IMG/VR virus record: IMGVR_UViG_3300025929_000014
Span: 1-64,000 of that record
Source of the DNA: a virus
Strand: one strand, 5' to 3'
Length of the DNA stretch: 64,000 bases
The notes beneath the pieces were generated by a model, which saw nothing but the letters and a program-made list of their open reading frames with translations, had not been told where the DNA came from and made no database searches. Position 1 is the stretch's first letter. Each line of letters begins with the position of its first letter. This document shows, in pieces, positions 8,600 through 18,266 of this stretch. The position numbers were made by a program, and so were the translations under genes.

Positions 8600-9796
8600 C
8601 TACCTCCCATCCAGTCGCTTGAATATCTTCGCAGCGTCTTCACTGTCCTGCGTTTCGGAGAGCTTGGCATAATGGAAGACCATGGCCGGCGTCTTCCAGC
8701 CCATGCGGCCCTGCATGCCCTTGATGGAGACCTCGCCGCCAGCGAGCGCGTGCGTCGTATGCGTGACACGCAAGTCATGGAAGCGAATCTTCGGCACGCC
8801 GGCTGCGAGGATCAGGCGCTGAAACGCGCGATACACGTTGCTCATGCCAAGGAGGGTGCCATTTCTTGAGGGGAAGACCAGATCGTCCGGCTGGGCGTCC
8901 ATCGGGCGGTGCGCCCTGAGCGCGTCGGCCGTATCGGCGTCGATAAGCACGCTGCGATACCCGTCGCCGCCTTTGGTGAACTGATGATGATGGGCAGGGC
9001 CGGAGTCGCTGCCGGTAACCGCTTCAACGACGTGTACTACTGCCATGTTACCAGGTCTGGTGGTCGCCAGGTCGATATTACGCCATTTGAGTGGGATCAG
9101 CTCGCCCTCGCGCATGCCGGTGTAGGCCGCCAGGCGCCAGAAGGGGCCATACTGATGCCGGTCGGCGACCTCCAGGAAACGCTGCAGATCATCGATCTTC
9201 CGCCAGTAGGTAGGCTGCCGCGTCACTTTCACCCTGGGCCGCTTGACGCCCTGGAGCGGATTGGCGCCCAGTTCGTGGCGCTCCAAAGCATCGGAGAGGG
9301 CCGACGAGAGCACCGCCCAGACCAGGCGCCGGGTGTTGTCGGCGACCGGCAATCCGGTGCGGTGATTGTTCAGATCGTCCAGCAACTTGAGGCAGTGCGG
9401 CGCGCGAAGCGCCTGCAGCTCAATATGGCCGATGGCGGGGATGATATGCGTGCGGGTGATCGAGAGATAGTTCTCCCTGGTATTTTCGTTCTGGATACGG
9501 GGCAGCCAGGCCAGGAGGTAGGCGCCGACCGAGCATTTGCTGGGCGCCACCAGCTGGCCCTTGCCGACGGCGTTGCGCAGGCGGGCCAGCTCGCGCTCGG
9601 CCGCCGCTTTGGGATCCGGGTCCGTGCGCTTGGAGAAGGTGCCCACCTGGGACCGCTTGGTGCGGCCGTCGAGATAGACCATCTCCGCCTTCACAACCCA
9701 GGTCGTCACCTCCACCATGGCGCCCTGCAGGCGCTTGTTGCGGCGCTCGTAGGTGCGGGCTTCCATCCAGTAGCGAATCGTGCGTAGGGCATCCAT
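8600..9796 (-). CDS. int: Tyrosine integrase
   Basis: TGMREGEL (R), FHDLR (H-x-x-R), GW in place of GH, and FHYAK (Y). N-terminal arm-binding and SAM-like domains. Confidence 0.95.
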   Translation of the reverse strand: MDALRTIRYWMEARTYERRNKRLQGAMVEVTTWVVKAEMVYLDGRTKRSQVGTFSKRTDPDPKAAAERELARLRNAVGKGQLVAPSKCSVGAYLLAWLPRIQNENTRENYLSITRTHIIPAIGHIELQALRAPHCLKLLDDLNNHRTGLPVADNTRRLVWAVLSSALSDALERHELGANPLQGVKRPRVKVTRQPTYWRKIDDLQRFLEVADRHQYGPFWRLAAYTGMREGELIPLKWRNIDLATTRPGNMAVVHVVEAVTGSDSGPAHHHQFTKGGDGYRSVLIDADTADALRAHRPMDAQPDDLVFPSRNGTLLGMSNVYRAFQRLILAAGVPKIRFHDLRVTHTTHALAGGEVSIKGMQGRMGWKTPAMVFHYAKLSETQDSEDAAKIFKRLDGR

Positions 9797-9805
9797 GCAA
9801 GCATG

Positions 9806-10006
9806 TTAGCGTGCTACGTGGTTCTTGACCACTCCCCGATTCGCATCCAGCCAGGCATCCAGGAGGCGCTTGGAGTACAGGGCCTTATAGCCCATGTTAG
9901 TGACGCGCGGCCACTCCCCCTTTGCCTCCTGCTTGGCCACGAAGTTGACCGAGCAGCTAAACATGTCGGCCACTTCCTGGCGCGTCAGCAACTTGTCGTC
10001 CGGCAC
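9806..10006 (-). CDS. xis: Excisionase-like winged HTH
   Basis: GTG 10006 after GGGAG. LLTRQEVADMFSCS...WP...Y...LDAWL pattern, adjacent to int. Confidence 0.75.
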   Translation of the reverse strand: MPDDKLLTRQEVADMFSCSVNFVAKQEAKGEWPRVTNMGYKALYSKRLLDAWLDANRGVVKNHVAR

Positions 10007-10163
10007 GTCTTTTCTCCCAACACCATACACAGTAGCAATGGAAGCCGCCCGTAGGCGACGGAGGCCAGACACGGCACGCCATGCAGACCTCCTGCCCGCA
10101 GTCATCGCACGCCAGCACGCAGGGAGAACCCTCCCCGCAGCCGGCGCACTCACCGGTCATGAA

Positions 10164-10718
10164 TCAGCTGTACACCCATTTTTCTGGGTGCCCTGTCTCC
10201 TGCAGCTCGCTCATCAGCTTTTTCAACCGTGCCACCTTGGTATCGGGATCGATGAACTTATTCCAGGCGCACTCCGTACAGACGAGCATCACACCTTCGC
10301 CCATTGGAGCATCCTCGAAGACTACTTCACTGAAGCAGATATCCGGCTCTGCGGGAGGTTCCTGGAGCGCCTTGGACTCCTCAATATGGCGCAGCGTATG
10401 CACGCGCCCCTCCTCGAAGCCGACCTTGCGTCCGTGGTCCATGCCCGCTACGTAGCCATCCTGGTGGCCATTCATGTAGTGCTCTTGCAGCTGGGCGAGG
10501 GTAGGCGGCGCGACCACAACCGGCTCCGGCTCCGGCTCGACATGCGTGGTGGCGGGCTTCGGCTGCATAGCGTCAAGCTCCCGCAAGAACTTTTCGATAT
10601 CGAAGATGGGCACCTGCTGCGGTACAGATGGGATAGTGAACTTCTGAACATAGCCCAGTTGGGGATTACAGGCCGAGCAACCGCCCGGACGATTTATTGT
10701 ACACATGCAGATACCCAT
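10164..10718 (-). CDS. Hypothetical protein with GxxxG repeat helix and Cys motifs
   Basis: NGHQDGYVAGMDHGRKVGFEEG. AGGAG SD. Confidence 0.6.
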   Translation of the reverse strand: MGICMCTINRPGGCSACNPQLGYVQKFTIPSVPQQVPIFDIEKFLRELDAMQPKPATTHVEPEPEPVVVAPPTLAQLQEHYMNGHQDGYVAGMDHGRKVGFEEGRVHTLRHIEESKALQEPPAEPDICFSEVVFEDAPMGEGVMLVCTECAWNKFIDPDTKVARLKKLMSELQETGHPEKWVYS

Positions 10719-10730
10719 GATTGTTCTCCT

Positions 10731-11150
10731 TTATGCTTTGCGCGGCTCTAAGAGAGTCAGCGTCCAGTGCTGTTTGTCGTCGTCTTTATCCAGCGTCCAG
10801 GTCCAGTCGGTAAGGAACTTCAAGAGATGCTTGAAGAACGTATCAAACTCTTTGCCGGAAGGATCGGGGCTCGACAACTCTATTTGTAAGGGATGCGAGG
10901 GAAAGTTCAGCTTGGATGCCTTTTGCGGGAGGCCGCTATCTAACATGATGCGGCGAGAGACCAGATACTCCTCAGCCGGCGAATACTCCCTGGGCGCCTT
11001 GTAGACTTGTACGAAACGACGCCAGGCATTATAGGTCTCTGGATCGCTCTGGGCTTCTTTCCAGGACGGCCAGTAGGCAGTCGCTGGATAACATGCTCCC
11101 AGCGTTTCGTACGTGTGCTGGGCCTCCAATTCTATCTGTGCTTCAGTCAT
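10731..11150 (-). CDS. Hypothetical protein
   Basis: Coupled ORF in the operon. Confidence 0.55.
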   Translation of the reverse strand: MTEAQIELEAQHTYETLGACYPATAYWPSWKEAQSDPETYNAWRRFVQVYKAPREYSPAEEYLVSRRIMLDSGLPQKASKLNFPSHPLQIELSSPDPSGKEFDTFFKHLLKFLTDWTWTLDKDDDKQHWTLTLLEPRKA

Positions 11151-11365
11151 GTGCGCACACCCCTAAACCCGACCGGCAGCGGATTGCCGTTCGTCGGAAC
11201 GCATCCACAACAGAAATAAAAGTGATCGCTGGTGTAGACGTAGATCAGGTTCTTGCATCCTGTACAACGATGGACACCTGATTGCCTGGGAGCATCGCGC
11301 ACCTCCTGACCGCATGCGGTACAAGCAGAACCTAGATGCGCGCTACAGCGGTAGCACTTACTCAT
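11147..11365 (-). CDS. Small Cys-rich zinc-finger protein
   Basis: Multiple CxxC motifs. Confidence 0.55.
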   Translation of the reverse strand: MSKCYRCSAHLGSACTACGQEVRDAPRQSGVHRCTGCKNLIYVYTSDHFYFCCGCVPTNGNPLPVGFRGVRT

Positions 11366-11375
11366 CTGTTACCCC

Positions 11376-11819
11376 CTACTCGAAATCCCACCGATGCTTT
11401 TCATCGAGGCGCTCACATTCTGCATCCCATCTATGTGCGGAAATAGCCTCGTAGCACTGCATGCAAAGATGATCGGCCGGACAGCCGAACGACCGCTTAA
11501 TGAGACTGGTCGAGTACACCTTCCCGCAACAGGCGCAGCGAAAAGTAGCCTTACCCGCCTTTTCGCAGCTCTGGCAAAGATGCTCATCCTGCTCGTTCGT
11601 CGCCGATGACTGTAACTCCCAGCCGGCACGCTTCAGCTGCCGCTCGAAGGTCACCATGCAGTAGTGCGGAAAGGGGCGCCCATTCCACTTAGCTACCATC
11701 ACCTCATGGCATTCGGCACAGCGCTCCGCCTCAACCAGCATCAACGCATAGGCCGCTCGCCCTGGACTCTCCAGGAAAATAGAGGGCGTAAAGGTCTCCA
11801 GGTCTTTTTCGGTGTTCAT
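11376..11819 (-). CDS. Zinc-finger protein
   Basis: Four CxxC pairs. GGAGGA SD. Confidence 0.6.
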   Translation of the reverse strand: MNTEKDLETFTPSIFLESPGRAAYALMLVEAERCAECHEVMVAKWNGRPFPHYCMVTFERQLKRAGWELQSSATNEQDEHLCQSCEKAGKATFRCACCGKVYSTSLIKRSFGCPADHLCMQCYEAISAHRWDAECERLDEKHRWDFE

Positions 11820-11985
11820 TTGGGCCTATCCTCCAGCTTCTTTAAGCGCTCCTCCACATCAGCCAGGCGCTTGCCGAGCGGCTTACGCGCCCGAAGCGCG
11901 GACGATGCGCGCTCCACCAACTCCTTGGACGTGACATTGAGCACATGCAGAGCGGCCGCCTCCAGCATGCGCGCATAGGGCTGCT

Positions 11986-12888
11986 TCATGAACGAATCTC
12001 CAGCCAGCCCTGTAAAAATGGAGCGTGGCAGCACACGGCGCCGGAGCCGGCGGCTATCAAATTGGTGGATGGACCCGTAGGCGGCAGGGTGAGCAGCGCA
12101 TCGCCCTGCATCTCGTAGGTCTCGATGGCGAACTCCTCATGCTCCTGGATCAGAAACTCGCGCTCGCGCCAGTGCGCCGGCCACGCATAGGAGAGGGCGA
12201 AGACATGCCCGACCGGCAACTCGTTGCCGCAGATGATGGGGATGTCGAGCGGGGGTGGAGGGCGATTACGTGAGAGATTGCCCCAGGCGCGATAGGTGAG
12301 CCTGGGATCGGCGCGCTCAATATGCTCCTCCAGCCGAAATGGCCCATGTCCCTTCGCGTCCATAAGCATGAAATCAGTACAACGCTGCACGATCTGATGC
12401 TGGAGGAAATGAGCGTCGCGATGCGACATGGCGAGCACGTTCGGCAACGCGTCGCGCTCGGCGATCATGGTCAACAGAAGATCGACGACGCCATCCAGGA
12501 GGCCATCCTGCGAGGACACGCGAAAAGTGGCGCCGGAATGGGCCATCGCCATCTGGCAGAGGAGACCATAGTACGAACAGGTATTGGCTTCCATTGGTGG
12601 GGTCGGCAGCCCGCCCAGGGCATAGAGATTGGGATCGAGGTGGCAGGGGAACGCCGCTTCGGGCAGCAGGCGCTGCTCCGGGCAGGAGAGGAGCAGGTTA
12701 TGCTCCTCGAAGCGGGCGCGCTCCCGGATCAGGGTATCCGTCATCTCCGCTACAGCATCGCCGGGTCCACGATGATACTGCGCCTCATAAGAGACGCTGC
12801 CGGGCACCGACCAGCGCGAGATGGGCAGCTGGAAGCGCAGATAGGAGCTGGGCGAGGTCCAGATGCGGGAAGGAATACTACGTATCAC
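11986..12888 (-). CDS. N-terminally truncated, divergent major capsid protein paralog (core/C-terminal part)
   Basis: Motif order SVSYEAQ / FEEHNLLL / YYGLL / DALPNVLAMS / LPVGHVFALSYAWP / GAVCCHAPFLQG matches, by recollection, an HK97-fold MCP family of high-GC phages. Confidence 0.6.
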   Translation of the reverse strand: MIRSIPSRIWTSPSSYLRFQLPISRWSVPGSVSYEAQYHRGPGDAVAEMTDTLIRERARFEEHNLLLSCPEQRLLPEAAFPCHLDPNLYALGGLPTPPMEANTCSYYGLLCQMAMAHSGATFRVSSQDGLLDGVVDLLLTMIAERDALPNVLAMSHRDAHFLQHQIVQRCTDFMLMDAKGHGPFRLEEHIERADPRLTYRAWGNLSRNRPPPPLDIPIICGNELPVGHVFALSYAWPAHWREREFLIQEHEEFAIETYEMQGDALLTLPPTGPSTNLIAAGSGAVCCHAPFLQGWLEIRS

Positions 12889-13199
12889 GGCGTGGACGCC
12901 GCCATGAGCGCCTGACGCCGATCAATGATCTCCTGACAGGTCAGATAGGAGAGATCGCTCTCACACCTACCTCCCCCTAAAATGGCCGCCAGACCAAAAC
13001 AGTTCTGACAGATTCCGGTAAGCCCCGACTGAACATACGAGCCAGAAGCGGAGCGTATCAAGGAACGCTGCCATAGTACACAATGATCATTCGCGATAAA
13101 AAGGTCGTCCGCCTCCAGCATGCGTTCACACAACGCATCATGTACAGGATCGGGCGAATATGCCCACGAAATATGATTTTCAGGATCAGGAGATGGCAT
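12885..13199 (-). CDS. Hypothetical protein
   Basis: Coupled between the two capsid-like ORFs. Confidence 0.5.
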   Translation of the reverse strand: MPSPDPENHISWAYSPDPVHDALCERMLEADDLFIANDHCVLWQRSLIRSASGSYVQSGLTGICQNCFGLAAILGGGRCESDLSYLTCQEIIDRRQALMAASTP

Positions 13200-13776
13200 C
13201 GGTAATCTGGCTCCAGGTCAGGGCTGCACACCAGCGCTGGATCTTCTCCGGCGAGAGGCCCTGCGTGTGATAGAGGTGGCGGACGTAGGCGCGATACTTG
13301 TCCGGGTTGGAGGGATCATAGATGGGCGGCGCCTCCACCACGATGATGCGTGGCTGACGCTCAGCTGCGGGGCGCAGGCCGATGCCAGAGAGGAGATCAT
13401 CCTCCTGCCCCAGTATCTGGGCGCGAAGCTGCTCACTGATGCGCTTGACATAGGGATGCAGATCTATGTCAGGTGCCGGCATCAGCGAGATCTCGCGCAG
13501 CTGCATCTCACCATCCTGGTTATAGGAGTAGCCGGCCGAATAGAAGTTGCGGATGGGGCGGAACTCGACGGCCTTACCGGAAGCCGGCACACGAGGAATC
13601 TTGTTGCGCAAAGGCGTGAAGCTGAAGGGCTCACCCTGCACGAGTTTCGTGGTAAGGGGAAGTAACTGATAATCCGAAACTAGCTCAGATAGGGGAGGAG
13701 CATAATGAAGAACCGATTGAGCGTACAAGCCTTCCATCGCCCGAATGAGCTGGTCTGGCGGTCTTACTTCATCCAT
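13186..13776 (-). CDS. Short capsid-N-terminus-like protein
   Basis: YQLLPLTTKL..FTPLRNKIPRVPASGKAVEFR resembles the YDL..PAK.L.P..TPLRN.IPR N-terminal motif of the same MCP family. Confidence 0.5.
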   Translation of the reverse strand: MDEVRPPDQLIRAMEGLYAQSVLHYAPPLSELVSDYQLLPLTTKLVQGEPFSFTPLRNKIPRVPASGKAVEFRPIRNFYSAGYSYNQDGEMQLREISLMPAPDIDLHPYVKRISEQLRAQILGQEDDLLSGIGLRPAAERQPRIIVVEAPPIYDPSNPDKYRAYVRHLYHTQGLSPEKIQRWCAALTWSQITDAIS

Positions 13777-14023
13777 CGCTCGCCTCGATGGCGGCCACCG
13801 CTAAAGCGGCCACCTGGACCAAACGGCGCTGACATAATTCCGGGCAGTTATCTTCACTCGCTTTCTGAGCCTCGCCGGCATAGCGCGTGATGTATGCAAT
13901 CCAATCGTTAATGCTGTGCTGCTTATCGTGGATCTCCCCACCCCACCGACCATTCTGATGCAGGCGTTCCGCCTCAATCGTGCTGTAGATGCTCGACCTG
14001 CCTTTGCGCACTAACGCATCCAT
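13769..14023 (-). CDS. MazG-like all-alpha NTP-pyrophosphatase-fold small protein
   Basis: ERLHQNGRWG...YAGEA...LVQVAALAVAAIE. Confidence 0.55.
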   Translation of the reverse strand: MDALVRKGRSSIYSTIEAERLHQNGRWGGEIHDKQHSINDWIAYITRYAGEAQKASEDNCPELCQRRLVQVAALAVAAIEASDG

Positions 14024-14239
14024 AGCGGCCGATCCTCCGGCGAAAGTGTATGGGCGTCAACATCCGCCTCAAGCCATTCGATGGCCGGGCGCTGTGCGGC
14101 CATCAGGGCGTGGCCGGCCACCATGGCGCCCATTTGCAGGGCGTCATATTGCGCTTTGCCGGCCGCATAATAGGCCATCATCAGCTGCTCGTTGGCGGCG
14201 TTGATGTGCGCGATATAGGCTTTGATCGCCTCTGTGTCT

Positions 14240-14608
14240 TCAGATTCCATCCGGCAGATCCTCCAGCTCGGTGACATTGTTCCAGATCGAACGGGGGACG
14301 CCATTTTTGGAGTCCACCCAGCGCAGGCGCACGAACCAACCCCAGATGAGGCCGATGGCGGCCCAATCGACGCCGTTTGGCGCGGTGAGCGCTCCCAGCC
14401 AGGCAAGACCGAGCAATGCCAGCGCTGAAGCTATCGTCGAAAGTGCCATATGTGCGGCAGTGATGGCCAGCCGCTTGCCGAGCGGGTTGATGTTGCAGGC
14501 CCACCAATGAATGCGCGCATGGCCGGCGCTGCAGATGAACGAGTTATCCAGCTCTGCGGAGGTAGATGCTCGACAAACGGGGCAAAGATCTTTCACGTAG
14601 TCACCCAA
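14240..14608 (-). CDS. Zn-ribbon plus membrane-segment protein
   Basis: CPVC...CSAGH followed by hydrophobic helices. Confidence 0.5.
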   Translation of the reverse strand: MGDYVKDLCPVCRASTSAELDNSFICSAGHARIHWWACNINPLGKRLAITAAHMALSTIASALALLGLAWLGALTAPNGVDWAAIGLIWGWFVRLRWVDSKNGVPRSIWNNVTELEDLPDGI

Positions 14609-15318
14609 TCAGAATACTTTTCGATGGCCTCAAGGCATTCCAGTTCTTCGTGTGCCGCCAGGTGCATGATCGCTCCGATGAGCATTTCGTGCAGGGGAGT
14701 GAGGGCGTGGTTGACCAGAATGGGCGCCAGGATCGCCAGGACGCCGCTCGCGTTGTGGCTCTGATACGGCCGGAAGAGGTGAGCGGTCGCCCTGGCCATG
14801 GCGATGGTGGCAGGGGTGGTGTCAACGCCAGAGCGATTGGCGAGGTCGGCGACCTGCGCCGCCAGGCTATCCAGCGTGAAAATGTACTGGTGGCGCTCAT
14901 AGCCCTGGTAGGTCTTGGCGTGGGCGAGAATCTGCTCGACGGTCCTCATGCTGGCGATTTCCCCTTCCTCCAGGAAATGACATTCTAGTGTTTTTTCCCA
15001 AAAAATATGCGGCGCAGGCGATAATATACTGCTGCTGCGTATGGCCCCCGCCCGCCGGGGCTCCACCGGAGTCCCATTTTCGCGTCTTCCCTCTGACACC
15101 CCTACCCCGCCACCCTCCACAAGATCCGGGCCGCTACTCCACTACGGCCCAACTCATCCATAGTAGCACGGTTTGGTCCACCATGCAATACCCTATCCAC
15201 GAAACTTGACGGCGCCAGCCGGCGACCCCATGGGGCCGGCCGCACCCATGCCTAGTGGAAACACGGCGCGGCGCACACCAACCCCCATGGGGGCCGGCGC
15301 GCGGGCTGAGCGCGCTAC

Positions 15319-15822
15319 CTAGTCGGGCGGCGGCGTGGGCGTGGGCGTGGGCGTGGGCGTGGGCGCCTCAGCCTTGCCGTGTAGGGCAAGGTAGGCGGCG
15401 CGTGCGGCAAGCGTGGGGGAGACGGGCTCGTGCTCGATGACGGGCTGCGTGGGCGCGTACATGGGCATGCTGCTCGGCTCATCTACCTGAATGATGATCG
15501 TGGGCGCGCCTCCACCCATGCCACCGGGCACGCGCTGACCATAGCGTTCCGGCCACAGGTGCTCAAGGAGGAACATCAGCAGCTTGGTGTTGCCGCCTAG
15601 TGCCTGGACGTAGGCCGTCTCCTCAAGGGGTACAGCCATGTTGCGCGGCGCCATGATGTCGTCCCACGCGGCGGCGAACTCCGGGTCGTCACGCCACATA
15701 TAGGGCGTGGTGCGGTCGATCTTGAGCTGCTCGGCCACATACTTGACGCGGCGGTGCTTCTCTAGTTCCTGTAGGAATAGGGCTTTCCGCTCAGCGACCG
15801 TTGTCGGGAGTGTTGATGTCAT
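15319..15822 (-). CDS. terS: Terminase small subunit-like protein
   Basis: KALFLQEL..HTH..RTTPYMWRDDPEFAAAWD...KLLMFLLEHLWPERYG, typical of phage TerS-like HTH proteins. ATG 15822 lies 6 nt after an extended -10. Confidence 0.7.
   Translation of the reverse strand: MTSTLPTTVAERKALFLQELEKHRRVKYVAEQLKIDRTTPYMWRDDPEFAAAWDDIMAPRNMAVPLEETAYVQALGGNTKLLMFLLEHLWPERYGQRVPGGMGGGAPTIIIQVDEPSSMPMYAPTQPVIEHEPVSPTLAARAAYLALHGKAEAPTPTPTPTPTPPPD
15332..15365 (+). repeat. (GGCGTG)n hexamer repeat encoding the Pro-Thr tail of TerS
   Basis: About 5.5 perfect copies. Confidence 0.9.
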
Positions 15823-15934
15823 ATGTCCAGTGTAGCAGGGGTGCGCCATTCGCGTCCAGGTAGGGCGCCACGCGCTGAAACGCCCCTTGCCAGTCTCCTA
15901 GCATGGGGCGTTGCGTGGCGGCTGTTGTAGCGCG

Positions 15935-16162
15935 TTAGGCGGCGGCGGTCGCGTCCTCCTCGTCCAGGGCGGCGAGCATGGCGGCGGTCGCGTCCTGCCA
16001 CGTCTGGCGGATGGCTTCGAGCAGGCCGGTAGCCGCTGGTAGGGTGGCGCCCGCTGGACGTGGGCGGCTCATGTACTCTTCGATGAGCATGCACAGCAAG
16101 GAGGCGTCCATTGTTGGGGCTGGGCTGATGGGGGTGGCTGGGCTGATCGGCAGGATGGTCAT
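15935..16162 (-). CDS. Early hypothetical protein
   Basis: AAGGAG SD after promoter cassette 1. Confidence 0.6.
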   Translation of the reverse strand: MTILPISPATPISPAPTMDASLLCMLIEEYMSRPRPAGATLPAATGLLEAIRQTWQDATAAMLAALDEEDATAAA

Positions 16163-16265
16163 GGCCTGGACTCCTTGGCTAGCGGTGCGTCTCACTGACT
16201 CTAGTATGCGGCTGAATGTCTCCCCCTTGCAACATTCGCGCTACAAGGGGGAGACGGTCGGCGGC

Positions 16266-16469
16266 TTAGCAGCGATGGTAGTGGTACGCGTCATTCGCTT
16301 GGCGTGTCTCGCGCTGGATATTCGCCCAGCACGCGTTCTGTGCGTAGCAGGCCATGGTCGCCTCGTCCATCGTGCGCACGACTATGGGGCGCTCGATTTG
16401 GAGCGTATCGACCACGATGTAGACCGTGCGGAAGATCCGGCGTGACATGCGGACGGTGAAGCGTGCCAT
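16266..16469 (-). CDS. Early hypothetical protein
   Basis: AAGGAG SD after a cassette. Confidence 0.65.
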   Translation of the reverse strand: MARFTVRMSRRIFRTVYIVVDTLQIERPIVVRTMDEATMACYAQNACWANIQRETRQANDAYHYHRC

Positions 16470-16580
16470 GATGTTGACTCCTTCGCGCTGGGGAGGCGTC
16501 TCATTCGCGCCTCACATTCCCTACTATGGGGGTGGAGGTTGTCCCCTTGCAACATTGGGGTGTTGCAAGGGGAGTATGGT

Positions 16581-16787
16581 CTACGACGCACGGCACGGTT
16601 TGCCGTCTGCGTCGGTCAGATGCACGATGAACTCCCCCTCGCGATATCCGGCACGTATGGCCGCAATGCGCGCCTCACGCGAATACTTGAAGAATCGTCG
16701 CGCCCCACTAAGCCCCCTCAGATAGCGCCCCTCGACGGATTGGACGATGAAGCCCTTAGTTGGCGTGCCCGCAAGTGTATAGAACAT
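16581..16787 (-). CDS. Early hypothetical protein
   Basis: AAGGAG SD. Confidence 0.6.
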   Translation of the reverse strand: MFYTLAGTPTKGFIVQSVEGRYLRGLSGARRFFKYSREARIAAIRAGYREGEFIVHLTDADGKPCRAS

Positions 16788-16839
16788 GGTGTGCTCCTTG
16801 TGGTCCGTACGGCCGGACCTACGCCCCTATCGTGCTCGA

Positions 16840-17154
16840 TTACTCTGGATAGACTAGGCCGGTGATGGTGGTGGCAATAATGACGGTATCTTGATCGTAG
16901 CTACTCACCTCGACGTGCATCGTGCCACCGGTCGGCGCGTCCAGGGAATATTCGGTGATGTAGGACATGATCTCCTTGGCGGATAGGCCGTCAATGCTGA
17001 GGTAGAAGCCGAACCCTTGCAGCGTGATAGCAGGCTCAAGATGTACCGGACCTTGCCCGCGCTGTACCGCGATGCGATGCGCCGCATTGGAGACTTCTAG
17101 CGCGAATGTCATAGCCGCGTGAATCTGTACCTGAGCGCGATTCTCGATTGCCAT
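16840..17154 (-). CDS. Early hypothetical protein
   Basis: Start revised to the ATG after AAGGAG. Confidence 0.65.
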   Translation of the reverse strand: MAIENRAQVQIHAAMTFALEVSNAAHRIAVQRGQGPVHLEPAITLQGFGFYLSIDGLSAKEIMSYITEYSLDAPTGGTMHVEVSSYDQDTVIIATTITGLVYPE

Positions 17155-17251
17155 GGTCTTGACTCCTTGTGCCGTTGTGGAGGCGTCTCGTCCGCCCCTC
17201 ACTTACCACTATGGGGGAGGATGTCTCCCCCATACAACATTCGGGCTGAGG

Positions 17252-17488
17252 CTATAGCGCTTGCGCGTCCGCATACACCTTTAGATCGGTGTAATAGCCG
17301 CTCAGATTGCCGCCGTCGGTCATAAGGTTACGAATCATCTTGATCGCCCGCTCTTGCGCTGCTGCCTCATCACGTAGGCCGTGTATGTTGGCGTCCAGCG
17401 TGAAGGTTGGCACTTGCCGCGTACTCGTCCAGCCGTCCGAACGCGTGCAAACTATCTGTGCAGTGATCCGGTACTGTGTGGCGTCCAT
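17252..17488 (-). CDS. Early hypothetical protein
   Basis: GAGGAG SD after a cassette. Confidence 0.65.
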   Translation of the reverse strand: MDATQYRITAQIVCTRSDGWTSTRQVPTFTLDANIHGLRDEAAAQERAIKMIRNLMTDGGNLSGYYTDLKVYADAQAL

Positions 17489-17582
17489 ATCTGGTGTGCT
17501 CCTCGTGTGCTAGTGGCCGGTCACTGTTGCCGTCCGCATTCCCCATACTGGGGGAGCATGACTCCCCCCGTCAACATTCAGC

Positions 17583-18158
17583 CTAGCGAATCCACACACC
17601 GTTATCGTATGCTGCTACTTCCGTAGCCGGTCCCCATGTGCCTCGTACTGGCATGCGCCAGACTGTCACCTGTCCGCGTTGTGGCTGTGACTCGCTGGCT
17701 TCCTGTGCGAATGTGCGCGCCTCCTCCTCAGTCGCAAACCACGCGGGCAATCCTGCACTAGTCTCCATCTCGCCTGAACGGTTGTACACCGCATACTCGA
17801 CGTTAGGCGTAGGCTCGTTACCGTCCGCGTACTCGTCCATGCTATCCATGGCGTGTCGGCATTCGCCCGTGCTCAGGTGACAATACGGCTCAATTTCGGC
17901 GCATACATGACGCGGACGGCGAGCCGGTGTATTCGCAAGCTCGATAGCCTTCTCCTGTGCAATGGCGCGCAAGGCGTCCGCCACCTGTAGCATAACCGTG
18001 CCTGCTACCAGAGACGCCATGCCGGTATCAGGATCTCGCTCCTGTACGTTCGCCATGTTGTCAGAGGCGAGCGTAAAACGGTCGTCATAGCAGGATAGCA
18101 GCACTAGCGCCGCTGCTAGGTCGTCCAGACAATCCGTCGCGATCTTGATGAATGCCAT
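17583..18158 (-). CDS. Early hypothetical protein
   Basis: Start revised to MAFIKI after GGAG. Confidence 0.6.
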   Translation of the reverse strand: MAFIKIATDCLDDLAAALVLLSCYDDRFTLASDNMANVQERDPDTGMASLVAGTVMLQVADALRAIAQEKAIELANTPARRPRHVCAEIEPYCHLSTGECRHAMDSMDEYADGNEPTPNVEYAVYNRSGEMETSAGLPAWFATEEEARTFAQEASESQPQRGQVTVWRMPVRGTWGPATEVAAYDNGVWIR

Positions 18159-18266
18159 GTCATGTTCTCCGTCTCGCTCGTGGCCGGTCAGCGCCGACCT
18201 GTTCCCAGTATGGGCCTTGTGTTGCTCCCCCACAACATTCGCGTTATGGGGGAGCCGTCGCATTGT

